From NCBI GenBank assembly GCA_033763395.1, contig JANRKQ010000129.1:12554-76553 (forward strand): 64,000 bases of DNA. The letters run 5' to 3'. The notes under the pieces are model-generated. The model was not told the origin of the DNA. It saw only the letters and a list, made by a program, of their open reading frames with translations, and ran no database searches. Shown one piece after another: positions 29,875 to 38,947 of this stretch. The position numbers and the translations under genes were made by a program. Origin of the DNA: Myxococcaceae bacterium (GTDB lineage: Bacteria > Myxococcota > Myxococcia > Myxococcales > Myxococcaceae). Numbering within the stretch: position 1 is the stretch's first letter; every line of letters starts with the position of its first letter.

Positions 29875-32796
29875 CTACTGGCAGGGGCCGATGGTGGTGC
29901 GGAAGACCGTCCCGTTCGCCGTGAAGAGGTAGACGTCGGCGCCGACCGCGTGCAGCGCCCCGTCCGTGAAGTCCGTCAGTGGCGGCACGCCCGCGAGCGA
30001 CAGACGTTCCCACGTGCCCTCGCCGCCATTCGGTTGGCCCACCAGCCGGAAGAGGCCGGCCGGCGACAGCCCGAGCTCGTGCCCACACGCGACGGCGAAG
30101 TCCACGGCCACCGCTTCGGGGAAGGGACCGGCCAGACGAATGCGGCTCGGCAGCCCGTACACGGCTCCGGTCGTCGTCCCGAGGCGCGCACGGTCCGCTG
30201 AGAACCACGTCTCGAGGGGGAGCACGCCGGCGGGCAGGGTGAGGTCGGTGAGCCGGAACCGCGTGGGTGAAGACGCCGTCACCCGCACCACGCTCTGGCT
30301 CGTCACGCCATAGCCCTCGAGCCAGACGCCGGCATCGGGGTTGGTTCGCGTCGGGAAGCTCAGCGATGCGAACGGCGCGGTGCTGGTCGCCCGCAGCTCG
30401 AGGGGAACGAACGTCACCGTTCCGGCCAGCGCGTCGTCGACGTCGGCCGCGAAGAGGTTCGGCCCGCTCGAGAGGACCGCGACGGTGCGCCCGGTGACGG
30501 CCCTCGCGCGGGCCACGCTCACCGGGCGTGCAGGCGCCGACGACAGCACGGCGAAGGTCGACGCCGAGGCGAGTGTCGGGCCCTGGGCCAACGTCGTCAC
30601 GCCAGTGGTGGTGAGCACCCACGAGGGGTCGTTCGTCGCGACGGCGAGCAGGTCGACGCCGGCGGCCGTCAGCAGCCCGACCTGTGGCGCGGGGACGCCC
30701 AGCACTCCGTCGCCGACGGCGATGACGTTGCGTGGGTCGGCGCCGACGGCCGCCAGTCCGACTGGCGCCCGGTCGAAGAGGACAGAGGCCGCCGACTGCG
30801 CGCTCGCGCCGGTCCACAGCTCGCCTCGGGGCCCCGCCGCGACGAAGCGGCCGGGCGCGGTCTGGTCAGGCAGGGTCAGCGCGCCGGCGGACGAGAAGAG
30901 GCCACTGCGGCCGACCAGCGGTCGCCTGTCGCACAGGCCCGAGGTGAAGGGCCGCCTCGAGATGCGGAAGAACCCCGACGAGCCCCCGTCGGCGACGCTG
31001 CACCGCACCTCGAGCTCGGGCGTGGTGGCGCCGGTGATCGGCGTGAGCGAGAGGAGCTGACCGCCGGGGCATGCTTCACAGGGGCCGAGCTCGACGGAGT
31101 AGGGAATCGCGTCGCCTGGCGTGCAGGGCTGGTCGAGGATCGAGGTGCAGTACGAGTCGTAGGGCCCGCCCCCTCGCGCGAGCATCGGCGTCAGGTTCCA
31201 CAAAGCCACCTGCTCCCGGCCGCCATCGCGCGGCGCGGCCGTGATGGCGAGGTGCCGCGGCCCCGCCGACTCGAGGTGCGTCACCTTGAGCCCGGTCGGC
31301 GCGCAGACGTCGTTCCCGAAGAGCGGAGCGTGCACCATCTCGAGGGGCCAGCTGTTGTCCCGCATCAGCTGCTCGACCCACACGCCGGCTTCGTCGAGCG
31401 CGAATACGCACTCGAGCCCACCGTCACGGGTGATGACGTCGGCCATGTCGATGATGCGGTTCCCCGCTCTGTTGCGAATGCGGCTCGGAAAGGCGAACGG
31501 CGCTGCGGCGCGCGGCCCGTCGAAGAGTACGTAGTCGTTGGCCGGGTCGGGCCCGAAGGCGATGGTGGTGGGAAAGAGCCCCGGGTCGGCGGTGCCGTGC
31601 CGCAGCTCGGTGATCGGGGCGTTCACCGAGTACGAGTTGTCGGCCGAGCCCACCCGGAGCCACGCAACCCCTCCATCGTCGAGCAGGGTCGCCGCCTCGA
31701 GTCCGCCGTCGGGCCTCCCGAGGTACACCCGATCAGCGGCGACCTCGACGAAGCGGTCGAAAGGAAACCCCTGGTAGTCGACCGACCTGGGGCTCTGCAC
31801 CAGCAGCGGGCCGCCGAGCGCAGCGCCCAGCTCCACGCTCCGAACGACGCCTCCGCTGGTGATGGTCGTCGCGCGGAGCTGCCCGCCACGCTCGAAGGCG
31901 TACCAGGGCGGAGCGGCGGGCGATGGGAGCGGAGAAATGGCGAGGCGGCCGAGGGGGAGCTGTTCGAGCGGGCTGATCAGCAGGAAGGCCCCGGCGTCGA
32001 GCGGGCCAGCCGGAATCAGCGCGTCGCCAGACGGGTCGGCGCACAGGCCTCCGAGGTCGCAGCGCCAGCCGCCGACGCAGTCGACGTCGGAGAGGCACGC
32101 GTGGGCGCGCGGCGCGGTCGGGTCATGACATTCACGCTGAACGCGGTTCATCGTGAGCCCGCAGCGGAACCCGCCGGCGCAGTCGGCGTCGACGAGGCAG
32201 GGCAGCTCCGAGGGCACCCGGGTGTCGCGGCAGACGCGGTCGACCCGGTTGTCGGCGAGCCGGCACGTCCACCCGCCGACGCAGTCGGAGTCGGCACGGC
32301 ACGGCCACGCCATCGGCTGCGACGGATCGTGACACGCCCGGCCACCCTCCACCGCCAGGCCGCACGACCACCCCGCGACGCAGTCGTCGCTCGTGTCGCA
32401 CGGCCAGTCGGTCGGCGCCGCCGGGTCGTGACAACGTCGGGCCCGCTGGCGGTCGAGGCCGCACCTCCACCCAGCCGAGCAGTCGGCGCTGGTCGCGCAG
32501 CGGTAGTCGGCACCCACCGAGGGATCGTGGCACTCGCGGTCGGCGCCGTTGGCCGCGAGCCCACAGAGGAACCCGGCCTCGCAGTCATCGGCGCTCTCGC
32601 AGCGCCAGGCGGTCGCGGTATCGCCCACGTCGTGGCAGAAGCCCTCGAGGCCGCAGCGGCTGGACCCCGGGCACTGGGCGCTGCCGACGGTGCGGTCCTT
32701 CGCCGGGTCGCACGTGTACCGTCCCGGCGGTACCTCGGGAGCAGGGCACCCGGCGAGCAGGAGCGCGAGGGCGAAGACGAAGCGCGCGCGCGTCAT
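29875..32796 (-). CDS. Large lipoprotein with seven Cys-rich repeats plus uncharacterised C-terminal domain (paralog of 17564..19843)
   Basis: The ATG at 32796 overlaps the upstream stop as ATGA. Lipobox is ALALLLAGC. Seven units fit the pattern C-x(4,5)-DC-x2-G[WF]xCGL-x(6,7)-R-x-CHDP. The C-terminal ~700 aa are alignable by eye with 17564..19843. Confidence 0.7.
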   Translation of the reverse strand: MTRARFVFALALLLAGCPAPEVPPGRYTCDPAKDRTVGSAQCPGSSRCGLEGFCHDVGDTATAWRCESADDCEAGFLCGLAANGADRECHDPSVGADYRCATSADCSAGWRCGLDRQRARRCHDPAAPTDWPCDTSDDCVAGWSCGLAVEGGRACHDPSQPMAWPCRADSDCVGGWTCRLADNRVDRVCRDTRVPSELPCLVDADCAGGFRCGLTMNRVQRECHDPTAPRAHACLSDVDCVGGWRCDLGGLCADPSGDALIPAGPLDAGAFLLISPLEQLPLGRLAISPLPSPAAPPWYAFERGGQLRATTITSGGVVRSVELGAALGGPLLVQSPRSVDYQGFPFDRFVEVAADRVYLGRPDGGLEAATLLDDGGVAWLRVGSADNSYSVNAPITELRHGTADPGLFPTTIAFGPDPANDYVLFDGPRAAAPFAFPSRIRNRAGNRIIDMADVITRDGGLECVFALDEAGVWVEQLMRDNSWPLEMVHAPLFGNDVCAPTGLKVTHLESAGPRHLAITAAPRDGGREQVALWNLTPMLARGGGPYDSYCTSILDQPCTPGDAIPYSVELGPCEACPGGQLLSLTPITGATTPELEVRCSVADGGSSGFFRISRRPFTSGLCDRRPLVGRSGLFSSAGALTLPDQTAPGRFVAAGPRGELWTGASAQSAASVLFDRAPVGLAAVGADPRNVIAVGDGVLGVPAPQVGLLTAAGVDLLAVATNDPSWVLTTTGVTTLAQGPTLASASTFAVLSSAPARPVSVARARAVTGRTVAVLSSGPNLFAADVDDALAGTVTFVPLELRATSTAPFASLSFPTRTNPDAGVWLEGYGVTSQSVVRVTASSPTRFRLTDLTLPAGVLPLETWFSADRARLGTTTGAVYGLPSRIRLAGPFPEAVAVDFAVACGHELGLSPAGLFRLVGQPNGGEGTWERLSLAGVPPLTDFTDGALHAVGADVYLFTANGTVFRTTIGPCQ
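32029..32712 (-). repeat. Coding array of about 7 Cys-rich ~33-aa modules
   Basis: Examples: WRCESADDCEAGFLCGLAANGADRECHDPS / YRCATSADCSAGWRCGLDRQRARRCHDPA / WPCDTSDDCVAGWSCGLAVEGGRACHDPS / WPCRADSDCVGGWTCRLADNRVDRVCRDTR / LPCLVDADCAGGFRCGLTMNRVQRECHDPT. Coordinates are approximate, derived from aa positions. Confidence 0.75.
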
Positions 32797-33602
32797 GGCA
32801 TGAACCCCACGATGGCGAAGCCCTGTGACGTGGGCACGAGCGACGCCCGGACGCCCGTCTGCGGCGCCTCCGGCGGCATCACCACGAGGCCAAGCGTCAC
32901 CAGCGCCGCGCCAGCGACGAGCCCACACAGCGACAGCGTACGCTGGAGGGCGGTTCGCTCGAGCTGGTCGCGGTAGCTGTCAGCAGAGCGGAGCACCACC
33001 GAGCGGTTCATGTCGTCGCTGCGCAGCTCTCCCCGGAGCGCCGCTTCTTCATTGAGCGCGAGGAGCCCGAAGACGGCTCCGGTGATGACCGCCGCGCCAC
33101 CGGCGACGATGAGGGTGATGGGGAGCGCCCTCGACGGCGGCGGGGGCAGCGGCGTGCCGCACGCTTCGGCGACCGCCCACGGCAGCAGGCCACGCAGGCT
33201 CTCGAAGTCCCTGGCCACCTTCGTGCTGCGCGCGGTGACCCGCCCCTTGACCGTGTCGGACACCTGCAGGTTCAACTGGAAGATGCCCTCGAGGCGGGTC
33301 AGCGAGCCGCTCATGACGTAGGGCGCGCCGAGGGCCCCTGCGAGCTCGGCGGTGCAGGAGGCGGCCTCGTCGCCGCAGCCGAGGAGCTGCCGCTGCCGCT
33401 CGACGCCCAGGAGGGTGGCGATCTCAGCCGACGAGATGGGCTCGAAGAAGCCACGCGCGCCGACCTCGGCCGCCAGGCTCTCCGTCATGGCTGCCGCGAG
33501 CGCGGGGTCGACGTCGCCGGCGCCCTGGAGCGAGAGAATGGCGAGGCGCGCCTTCTGTGGAGTAGCCGCGGTTGCCACCGAGACGAGCAGCTCGAGAACC
33601 AT
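32793..33602 (-). CDS. Membrane-anchored periplasmic alpha/beta-domain protein (paralog of 16575..17567)
   Basis: 269 aa. LAILSLQGAGDVDPALAAAMTESLAAEV...YVMSGSLTRLEGIFQLNLQVSD is followed by GTPLPPPPSR, two hydrophobic helices and the tail SQGFAIVGFMP. Identity to 16575..17567 is roughly 40% by eye. Confidence 0.65.
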   Translation of the reverse strand: MVLELLVSVATAATPQKARLAILSLQGAGDVDPALAAAMTESLAAEVGARGFFEPISSAEIATLLGVERQRQLLGCGDEAASCTAELAGALGAPYVMSGSLTRLEGIFQLNLQVSDTVKGRVTARSTKVARDFESLRGLLPWAVAEACGTPLPPPPSRALPITLIVAGGAAVITGAVFGLLALNEEAALRGELRSDDMNRSVVLRSADSYRDQLERTALQRTLSLCGLVAGAALVTLGLVVMPPEAPQTGVRASLVPTSQGFAIVGFMP

Positions 33603-33685
33603 GGCAGACTTGTAGCGCTGATCGAGTCAGCCCCGCAGCGCAACGCAGACGAAGCCCGCCAGCGGCAGCGCGCGCCTGACGGTCG

Positions 33686-34231
33686 TCACTTGTTCGTGGC
33701 CGGCGCCTCGGTCGACGCGCCCGCGGTCGCGGCCGACGCCTCGGCCGGCTTCTTCTGCCACCCGAGGTCCTGGGCGACGTCGGCGATGATGGCGGGGACG
33801 ATGGCCTCGAGCAGTTCGTTCGCCTCGGGCCCGCTGGCGTGAATGAACCAGCTGCCCCGCAGCCCGTTGCCCGGGATCTTCGTCACCAGCAGCGACGCGC
33901 GCATCTGCTCGCGCGCCTCGGTGAGCACCAGCTTCACGCGCAGGCCGGTCGTCTGCTTCGCCTTCACCGTCGCGGCCGAGGCGTCGTCGGCCTCACCGGG
34001 CGGCGCGTAGTCCAGCACGAACCCGTCGAGCGCGGCCTTCATCAACGCGTCCGCCTGCGCGAGCAGCGGCTTGTACGCGTCGGCCTCGGTCTCGGTCGGC
34101 AGCACGCCGAGGTATGGCACCGCCGGCGCCGCGGGCGCGGGCTGCGAAACGGGCTTGTCCTTCTCGCCCTTCTTCGGGCCCGCCCAGGTCACCGACGAGA
34201 CGAGCACCATCACGAGGCAGAGCGGCTTCAT
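33686..34231 (-). CDS. Secreted hypothetical protein
   Basis: ATG at 34231 gives signal peptide MKPLCLVMVLVSSVTWAGP. 181 aa. No motif recognised. Confidence 0.5.
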   Translation of the reverse strand: MKPLCLVMVLVSSVTWAGPKKGEKDKPVSQPAPAAPAVPYLGVLPTETEADAYKPLLAQADALMKAALDGFVLDYAPPGEADDASAATVKAKQTTGLRVKLVLTEAREQMRASLLVTKIPGNGLRGSWFIHASGPEANELLEAIVPAIIADVAQDLGWQKKPAEASAATAGASTEAPATNK

Positions 34232-34278
34232 GAGGCGAAAGGCTCGCCCAGGCCGTCTGCCGTTCTCAATGAAAGAAT

Positions 34279-35694
34279 TCACCTACAGTAGAACCGACGT
34301 CGACCAGCGGCGAAGGCGACGAGCGTCAGCACCCACGCGTCGAGCGCGCCTGCGCCCGCACTGCACCCCGGCCCGGCTGCGCTGGCCTCGGCGACGTCGA
34401 TGCGTGCCTCGACGGTGGCCACGGCGCGGTTGCCGGCGGCGTCGAAGGCGTGCACCTCGAGTTGGGTCGGGCCGGGGGGCTGTCCGCTCGCGTCGAACCG
34501 CAAGCGCCACGGCGGCTCGAGGCGCGTGTCGACGAGTGCGCCGTTGACGAGCAGCTCCACCCGCGTAGCGTCGACGGCCTGGACCTCGACGGCCACCTCA
34601 CCCGCGACGAGCTGCCCGGGCGTCGGCGAGACGATGGAGAGGGCTGGCGGCGTGCGGTCGATGGAGCCCGGCTCGACGATGCGCACCGTCGCGGCGCCCG
34701 AGCGGCCAAGCGCCACCGCCTGTACCACGTGAGGGCCTCCCAGCCGTGGCCCCGCGACGAAGCGCCCTCCACTCGAGACGGTGCCGCCTCCTGTCGTGGA
34801 CCACGCCATGGGCGTTGGCAGGTCCATCGCGCGGCCGAACTGGTCAGCGAAGCGCGCCGAGAACACGACGCTCCCACCGGGCTCGACGTCGGCGGTGGCG
34901 GGCGTGACGGCGATGGTGGTGGCCGTCGCGTTCACTGGCACGTCGACGACGGCGCTCGCGGCCTGGCCCGAGGCGTCGGTGATGACGACGCGCAGCTGGT
35001 GGGCGCCGGCCGCCGAGAACGTCGCGACCGTCTGTTTGGCGGCGTTCGAGCCGTTCGGCGAGAAGGTGACGGCGCCGCCCCGGGTGACGCTCCAGTCGTA
35101 GCGCAGACCGGCCTCGGGCTGGTCGTCGGCGCCCAGCACCTCGACGCGGGTCGCTGCGGTGGTGACGGTCGCAGGGGTGGCCCGGGGTGGCGTCGCGATG
35201 CGGGGCGCGGTGCTGCCGCCCGTCACGTTCACGGTGAGTGTCGTCAGCGCGGCGCGGTCGCCCGACGTTCCACCATTGCCGTTGCACGAGTTGCCGGCCC
35301 CGAAGAGCCTGAGGGCGCCGGAGAAGGGCGGCGCCTTGAGCCTGAACGCGAAGCTGGCGCGCCCGGCCGAGAAGGCCTTCGGCGTGGCCTGGTGGAGCTC
35401 GCCGCTGAAGGCCACCGTGTCTCCAGTGACGCCGAGGAGCTCGGCCTCGGGCACGTCGACGGCGACGTTCAGGCCCGCGCGCACCGCGGCGCCTCCGCTG
35501 ATGGTGAGGCGGTAGTCGCCCACCTGTCCAGCCGAGAGCGTCGTCGGCCCGGTGACGGTCACCATCGGCGCGGCGCCGCCCGAGTGACACCCATTGCAGG
35601 TGGACGCCGAGGTGCCGGCGTAGCCCACGACGCCGAGCTGGTTGGCCAACACCGGCGCGGCCACGACGAGGCCCAGGACACAGAGCAGACGCAT
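34279..35694 (-). CDS. Secreted CxxCH-motif, Ig-like repeat protein with MYXO-CTERM-type sorting tail
   Basis: ATG at 35694. Signal peptide MRLLCVLGLVVAAPVLA. CNGCHSG lies near the N-terminus. Several beta-rich Ig-like segments follow. The C-terminus GCSAGAGALDAWVLTLVAFAAGRRR fits the Cys / hydrophobic helix / Arg-cluster MYXO-CTERM pattern. Confidence 0.65.
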   Translation of the reverse strand: MRLLCVLGLVVAAPVLANQLGVVGYAGTSASTCNGCHSGGAAPMVTVTGPTTLSAGQVGDYRLTISGGAAVRAGLNVAVDVPEAELLGVTGDTVAFSGELHQATPKAFSAGRASFAFRLKAPPFSGALRLFGAGNSCNGNGGTSGDRAALTTLTVNVTGGSTAPRIATPPRATPATVTTAATRVEVLGADDQPEAGLRYDWSVTRGGAVTFSPNGSNAAKQTVATFSAAGAHQLRVVITDASGQAASAVVDVPVNATATTIAVTPATADVEPGGSVVFSARFADQFGRAMDLPTPMAWSTTGGGTVSSGGRFVAGPRLGGPHVVQAVALGRSGAATVRIVEPGSIDRTPPALSIVSPTPGQLVAGEVAVEVQAVDATRVELLVNGALVDTRLEPPWRLRFDASGQPPGPTQLEVHAFDAAGNRAVATVEARIDVAEASAAGPGCSAGAGALDAWVLTLVAFAAGRRRFYCR

Positions 35695-35837
35695 GCTGGG
35701 CGACCCAGAAGCAGGGCGCGTGCCGCCGTCAGCGCGCTCCCATCGGCGTAGGAACACGAGCGCCGCGGGAGGCCGGTGAGGACTCGAGTGGTCAGCCACC
35801 TGCGGCGGTGAAGCTCCACGTGGAGCCTCGTTGACGC

Positions 35838-38800
35838 CTACTCGTCGTGCCGGTGCTCCAGCAGCTTGATGATGGCGCGCCCGAGCTCGTCGCGGGTCGG
35901 CACCTTCGCAGCTGGAGGGGCGGGCGGCGCGCGGCGGAGGGGCTGGCCCGGCTTGAGCGGGAAGTCGTCGTACCGGCCCGAGCCGTCTGCATCGACGAGA
36001 ATGGCGTTCGAGTACGCGACGGCCGGCGTGTTGTGGAAGGGCCGCAGCGGCTGCGAGCCCCGCACCATCACGACGTACCAGGTGTCCCTCGAGGGGCGCA
36101 CCACGAGCTTCTCGACGTGGTGCAGGCGGCGCAGGGGGGTGCCGGGCACCGCCTCGATGGTCGGGGTGGCGATGGCCTTCCGCTCGAGCACGCGGCCCTC
36201 GGGCCACGACGAGTTGCTCTTGCCGTCGACCGACTCGCGCCCGCTCGCGTGGCTGTAGAGCTCGACGCGGTCGACGTGCAGCCAGTCAGGGCCCTGGATG
36301 TCGACGGTGAGCTCGACCGCGTCGTTCGCCGTCACCGCCAGCGTGCCGCCGATGTCGACGATGGGCCCGATGGGCTGCATCGCCGCGTCGAGCTTTCGAG
36401 CGGTGACGGCCAGCACCGGGCCATTCGTGACGTACGCGCGCTGCGTCCGAATCGCCTCGGCGAACTGCCCCGGCTGGAACGTCGTGGGCCCGTCGCCCTC
36501 GACCTTCGCGTAGGTGCGCGCGTAGCCGGGCACGTCGCTGTAGGCCTGGTGCGTGTCCGACACGCCCGTCGCCGTGCGCACCGTGCCGCGCGAGAGGAAG
36601 GTCATCCAGTCGTTGAGAATGGCGTTGCTGGGGTTGGTGCCGTTCGCCGACTCGACGGCGTCGAACCCATCGCCGAAGAGCTTCGTGTCGTCGGCCGTCG
36701 CGTCTGGAGCCGCCTCCATGCCGAACGTCTGCGGCGGCGCGTGGCTGGCCAGCGTCGCGGTGTCGACGCGCAGTTGCGTCAGCACACCGCCCGAGCCGCG
36801 CGGGTGGTTGAGCTGCACGACCGCGCCCGGGTGCTCCGCCTTGATGCCCGAGAAGAGCTGCGGCATGCGCAGCGAGGGCCCGTCTTCGCCGCCGGCATGG
36901 TCGAACGCGCCGCCGTTGGGCAGGTCGGGGTTCCGCTTGAGGGGGAAGGTGTTGAAGTGCCCGTGCGAGAAGCTCGTCACCTCTTCTCCAATCATCGTGG
37001 CGATGAGGTTCTCGGCGTTCAGCGCGCGCACCACGGGCGCAAAGTCGGTGATGACCTCGTGGTCGGTCGACAGGAGCACGTCGACGCCCTCAGCGAGGAA
37101 GTTCGCCACCCGCAATTCGTTGAGCACCGCGCTGTCGGGGCTCGCGACGGCGTGCACGTGGAGGTCGGCCGACACCCAGCCCGGCGTGTCGAGAATGCGC
37201 GCAACGGTCGCCTCGAGTGTGGCGTCGGCGGTGCGCAGGTCGATCGCCGCGCCGCGCGCCGGCCAGGTGTCGGGCCAGGTCGAGTACTCGGGGCCCCGAG
37301 AGACGACCGCCTCGTACTGACCCGGTGGCAGGGTGAGCGTGAGCGTGCCCGTCGGTGGCAGGGAGCCGATGGCGGCCGCGCCCATCGGGAAGCCCTCGAC
37401 GAGCAGGTGCTGTCTCCACGTGTCGGCGTTGAAGGAGCACGGGGCCGGCGTGCAGAAGACGGTCACCTTCGCCGGCACCGCGGCGCCCGAGCGGTCCTTC
37501 GCCGTCACCGTGAGGCGGCGGCCGTCTCCGAGGGTGACGCTCGCTGGGGTGGTGACGTTGGCGGTGACGCTGACGGTGACCGCCGTGCCGACGAGGTGGC
37601 CCTCGCGCGACGCGCTCACGCGGTACTCGCCCGGCGGGAGGTTCGCCCTGGCCTTGCCGGCGTCATCGGCCACCGCGAGCGCCACCATGCCTCCAGTCGC
37701 CGCGTCGACGAAGCTCACCCGCGCGCCCTTCGCGCTCGGCGCCACCCCCGGCTGCACCGAGACGTCGACGGTGCCGGTCACGACGCCATCGAGCGCCGAC
37801 AGCACGTCGCCCACGCCCGCGAGGTCCTTCGCGATGACGAAGTCGCGCACGTAGGTCTTCTGCTGCCGGGCGAGGATGTTGAAGGTCCCCGGCCGCACGA
37901 TGGCCTGCGGGTCGAACCACTTGAGCAGGCCGTCGAGGTTCTCGCCCTCGACGAACGAGCCGACGACGCCCCCGTAGCCGATGACGGCGTTCGCCTTCAC
38001 CGGTTGCCTGGAGTCCCGGAGCGACAGGCTCCGCAGGCCGTACGCCACGCCCTCGGCCTGCGTGCCGATCCACCGGGAGCGGTCGGCGAGGCAGTTGGTG
38101 TCGTCGAGCTTGCTGGTGCCGAGCCCGTTCTGACAGCCGCCCGGGTTGAAGAGCTCGAAGGCCCCGACATCCATCAGCTCGATGAGCGGCAGGTTGATGG
38201 TGCCGTCGGAGTCGTTGCAGAAGGCCGTGACGAGGCGCACCCGCGTCTCACCCGGTGAGAGCGCGAAGTAGGTGGTGGCCCGCACCGGCACCGGCACCGA
38301 GGGGTCGACGACGGGCTCGAGCGGCAGACCGGCGACGCCCGCGATGAGGGACTTGAGGTTGAGCAGGTCATGCGGCACGTCCTTGCCCGAGGCCGCGACG
38401 ATGGCCGGGCCGCCGCTCGAGCCATCAGCGAGAATTTCGACGTCCGTCACGCTGGTGAGCCTTCCGAGCGAGTAGAAGAGGGCCGAGCGGCCGAAGACGT
38501 CGCGGCCCGGCTCGTTCGCGCCGCGCACGAGGTCGGCGTCGATGAGGTTGCCTCCCGAGAGCAGCGGCCCCACCGAGCGGCCCGGCTGCTCGATGATGAG
38601 CTTCACCACGTCGTTCGCCAGCAGCACGTCGCCGACCCGCCCCTGCGCGCCGGGACCTCCGATGAGGTCTGCCGGACCTTCGACCTTCTTCGCCTTCGCC
38701 CCCGTGCCCTCTCCAGCGACCAGGCCCGCTGCCTTCAAGTCGAGCTCACAGCGCCTCGGGTTGACGGTGCCGCCGCCTCCGCCCGGCTTCGGGCACGAGA

Positions 38801-38846
38801 GCAGCGAGAGGGCGACGAGGACGAAGGCGCGACGGGCGTGTTGCAT
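35838..38846 (-). CDS. Large lipoprotein with PHP/CehA-McbA-type metallohydrolase domain
   Basis: ATG at 38846 (alternative 38879). Lipobox is LSLLSC. PHP-like metal motifs are ADLHVHAVASPDS, LLSTDHEV, HGHFNTFPL, VQLNHPRG, VSDTH. A carboxypeptidase-regulatory-like beta-sandwich is also present (ANLPPGEYRVSASREGH). Confidence 0.75.
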   Translation of the reverse strand: MQHARRAFVLVALSLLSCPKPGGGGGTVNPRRCELDLKAAGLVAGEGTGAKAKKVEGPADLIGGPGAQGRVGDVLLANDVVKLIIEQPGRSVGPLLSGGNLIDADLVRGANEPGRDVFGRSALFYSLGRLTSVTDVEILADGSSGGPAIVAASGKDVPHDLLNLKSLIAGVAGLPLEPVVDPSVPVPVRATTYFALSPGETRVRLVTAFCNDSDGTINLPLIELMDVGAFELFNPGGCQNGLGTSKLDDTNCLADRSRWIGTQAEGVAYGLRSLSLRDSRQPVKANAVIGYGGVVGSFVEGENLDGLLKWFDPQAIVRPGTFNILARQQKTYVRDFVIAKDLAGVGDVLSALDGVVTGTVDVSVQPGVAPSAKGARVSFVDAATGGMVALAVADDAGKARANLPPGEYRVSASREGHLVGTAVTVSVTANVTTPASVTLGDGRRLTVTAKDRSGAAVPAKVTVFCTPAPCSFNADTWRQHLLVEGFPMGAAAIGSLPPTGTLTLTLPPGQYEAVVSRGPEYSTWPDTWPARGAAIDLRTADATLEATVARILDTPGWVSADLHVHAVASPDSAVLNELRVANFLAEGVDVLLSTDHEVITDFAPVVRALNAENLIATMIGEEVTSFSHGHFNTFPLKRNPDLPNGGAFDHAGGEDGPSLRMPQLFSGIKAEHPGAVVQLNHPRGSGGVLTQLRVDTATLASHAPPQTFGMEAAPDATADDTKLFGDGFDAVESANGTNPSNAILNDWMTFLSRGTVRTATGVSDTHQAYSDVPGYARTYAKVEGDGPTTFQPGQFAEAIRTQRAYVTNGPVLAVTARKLDAAMQPIGPIVDIGGTLAVTANDAVELTVDIQGPDWLHVDRVELYSHASGRESVDGKSNSSWPEGRVLERKAIATPTIEAVPGTPLRRLHHVEKLVVRPSRDTWYVVMVRGSQPLRPFHNTPAVAYSNAILVDADGSGRYDDFPLKPGQPLRRAPPAPPAAKVPTRDELGRAIIKLLEHRHDE

Positions 38847-38947
38847 GGCTGTGACAAAGCCCAAGAGTCCTGGCGTCACAAGCCAGCGGCATGACGCGAC
38901 CGCTCAGACACGACAACCCGGCCCCGCCTGGGAGACACTCTGGGGCC

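Noticed and set aside
35847-38258. 803-aa plus-strand ORF
   Set aside because: It is antisense to the PHP-domain lipoprotein gene, which has coherent domain motifs. The translation is Arg/Gly/Val/Asp/His-rich and low-complexity.
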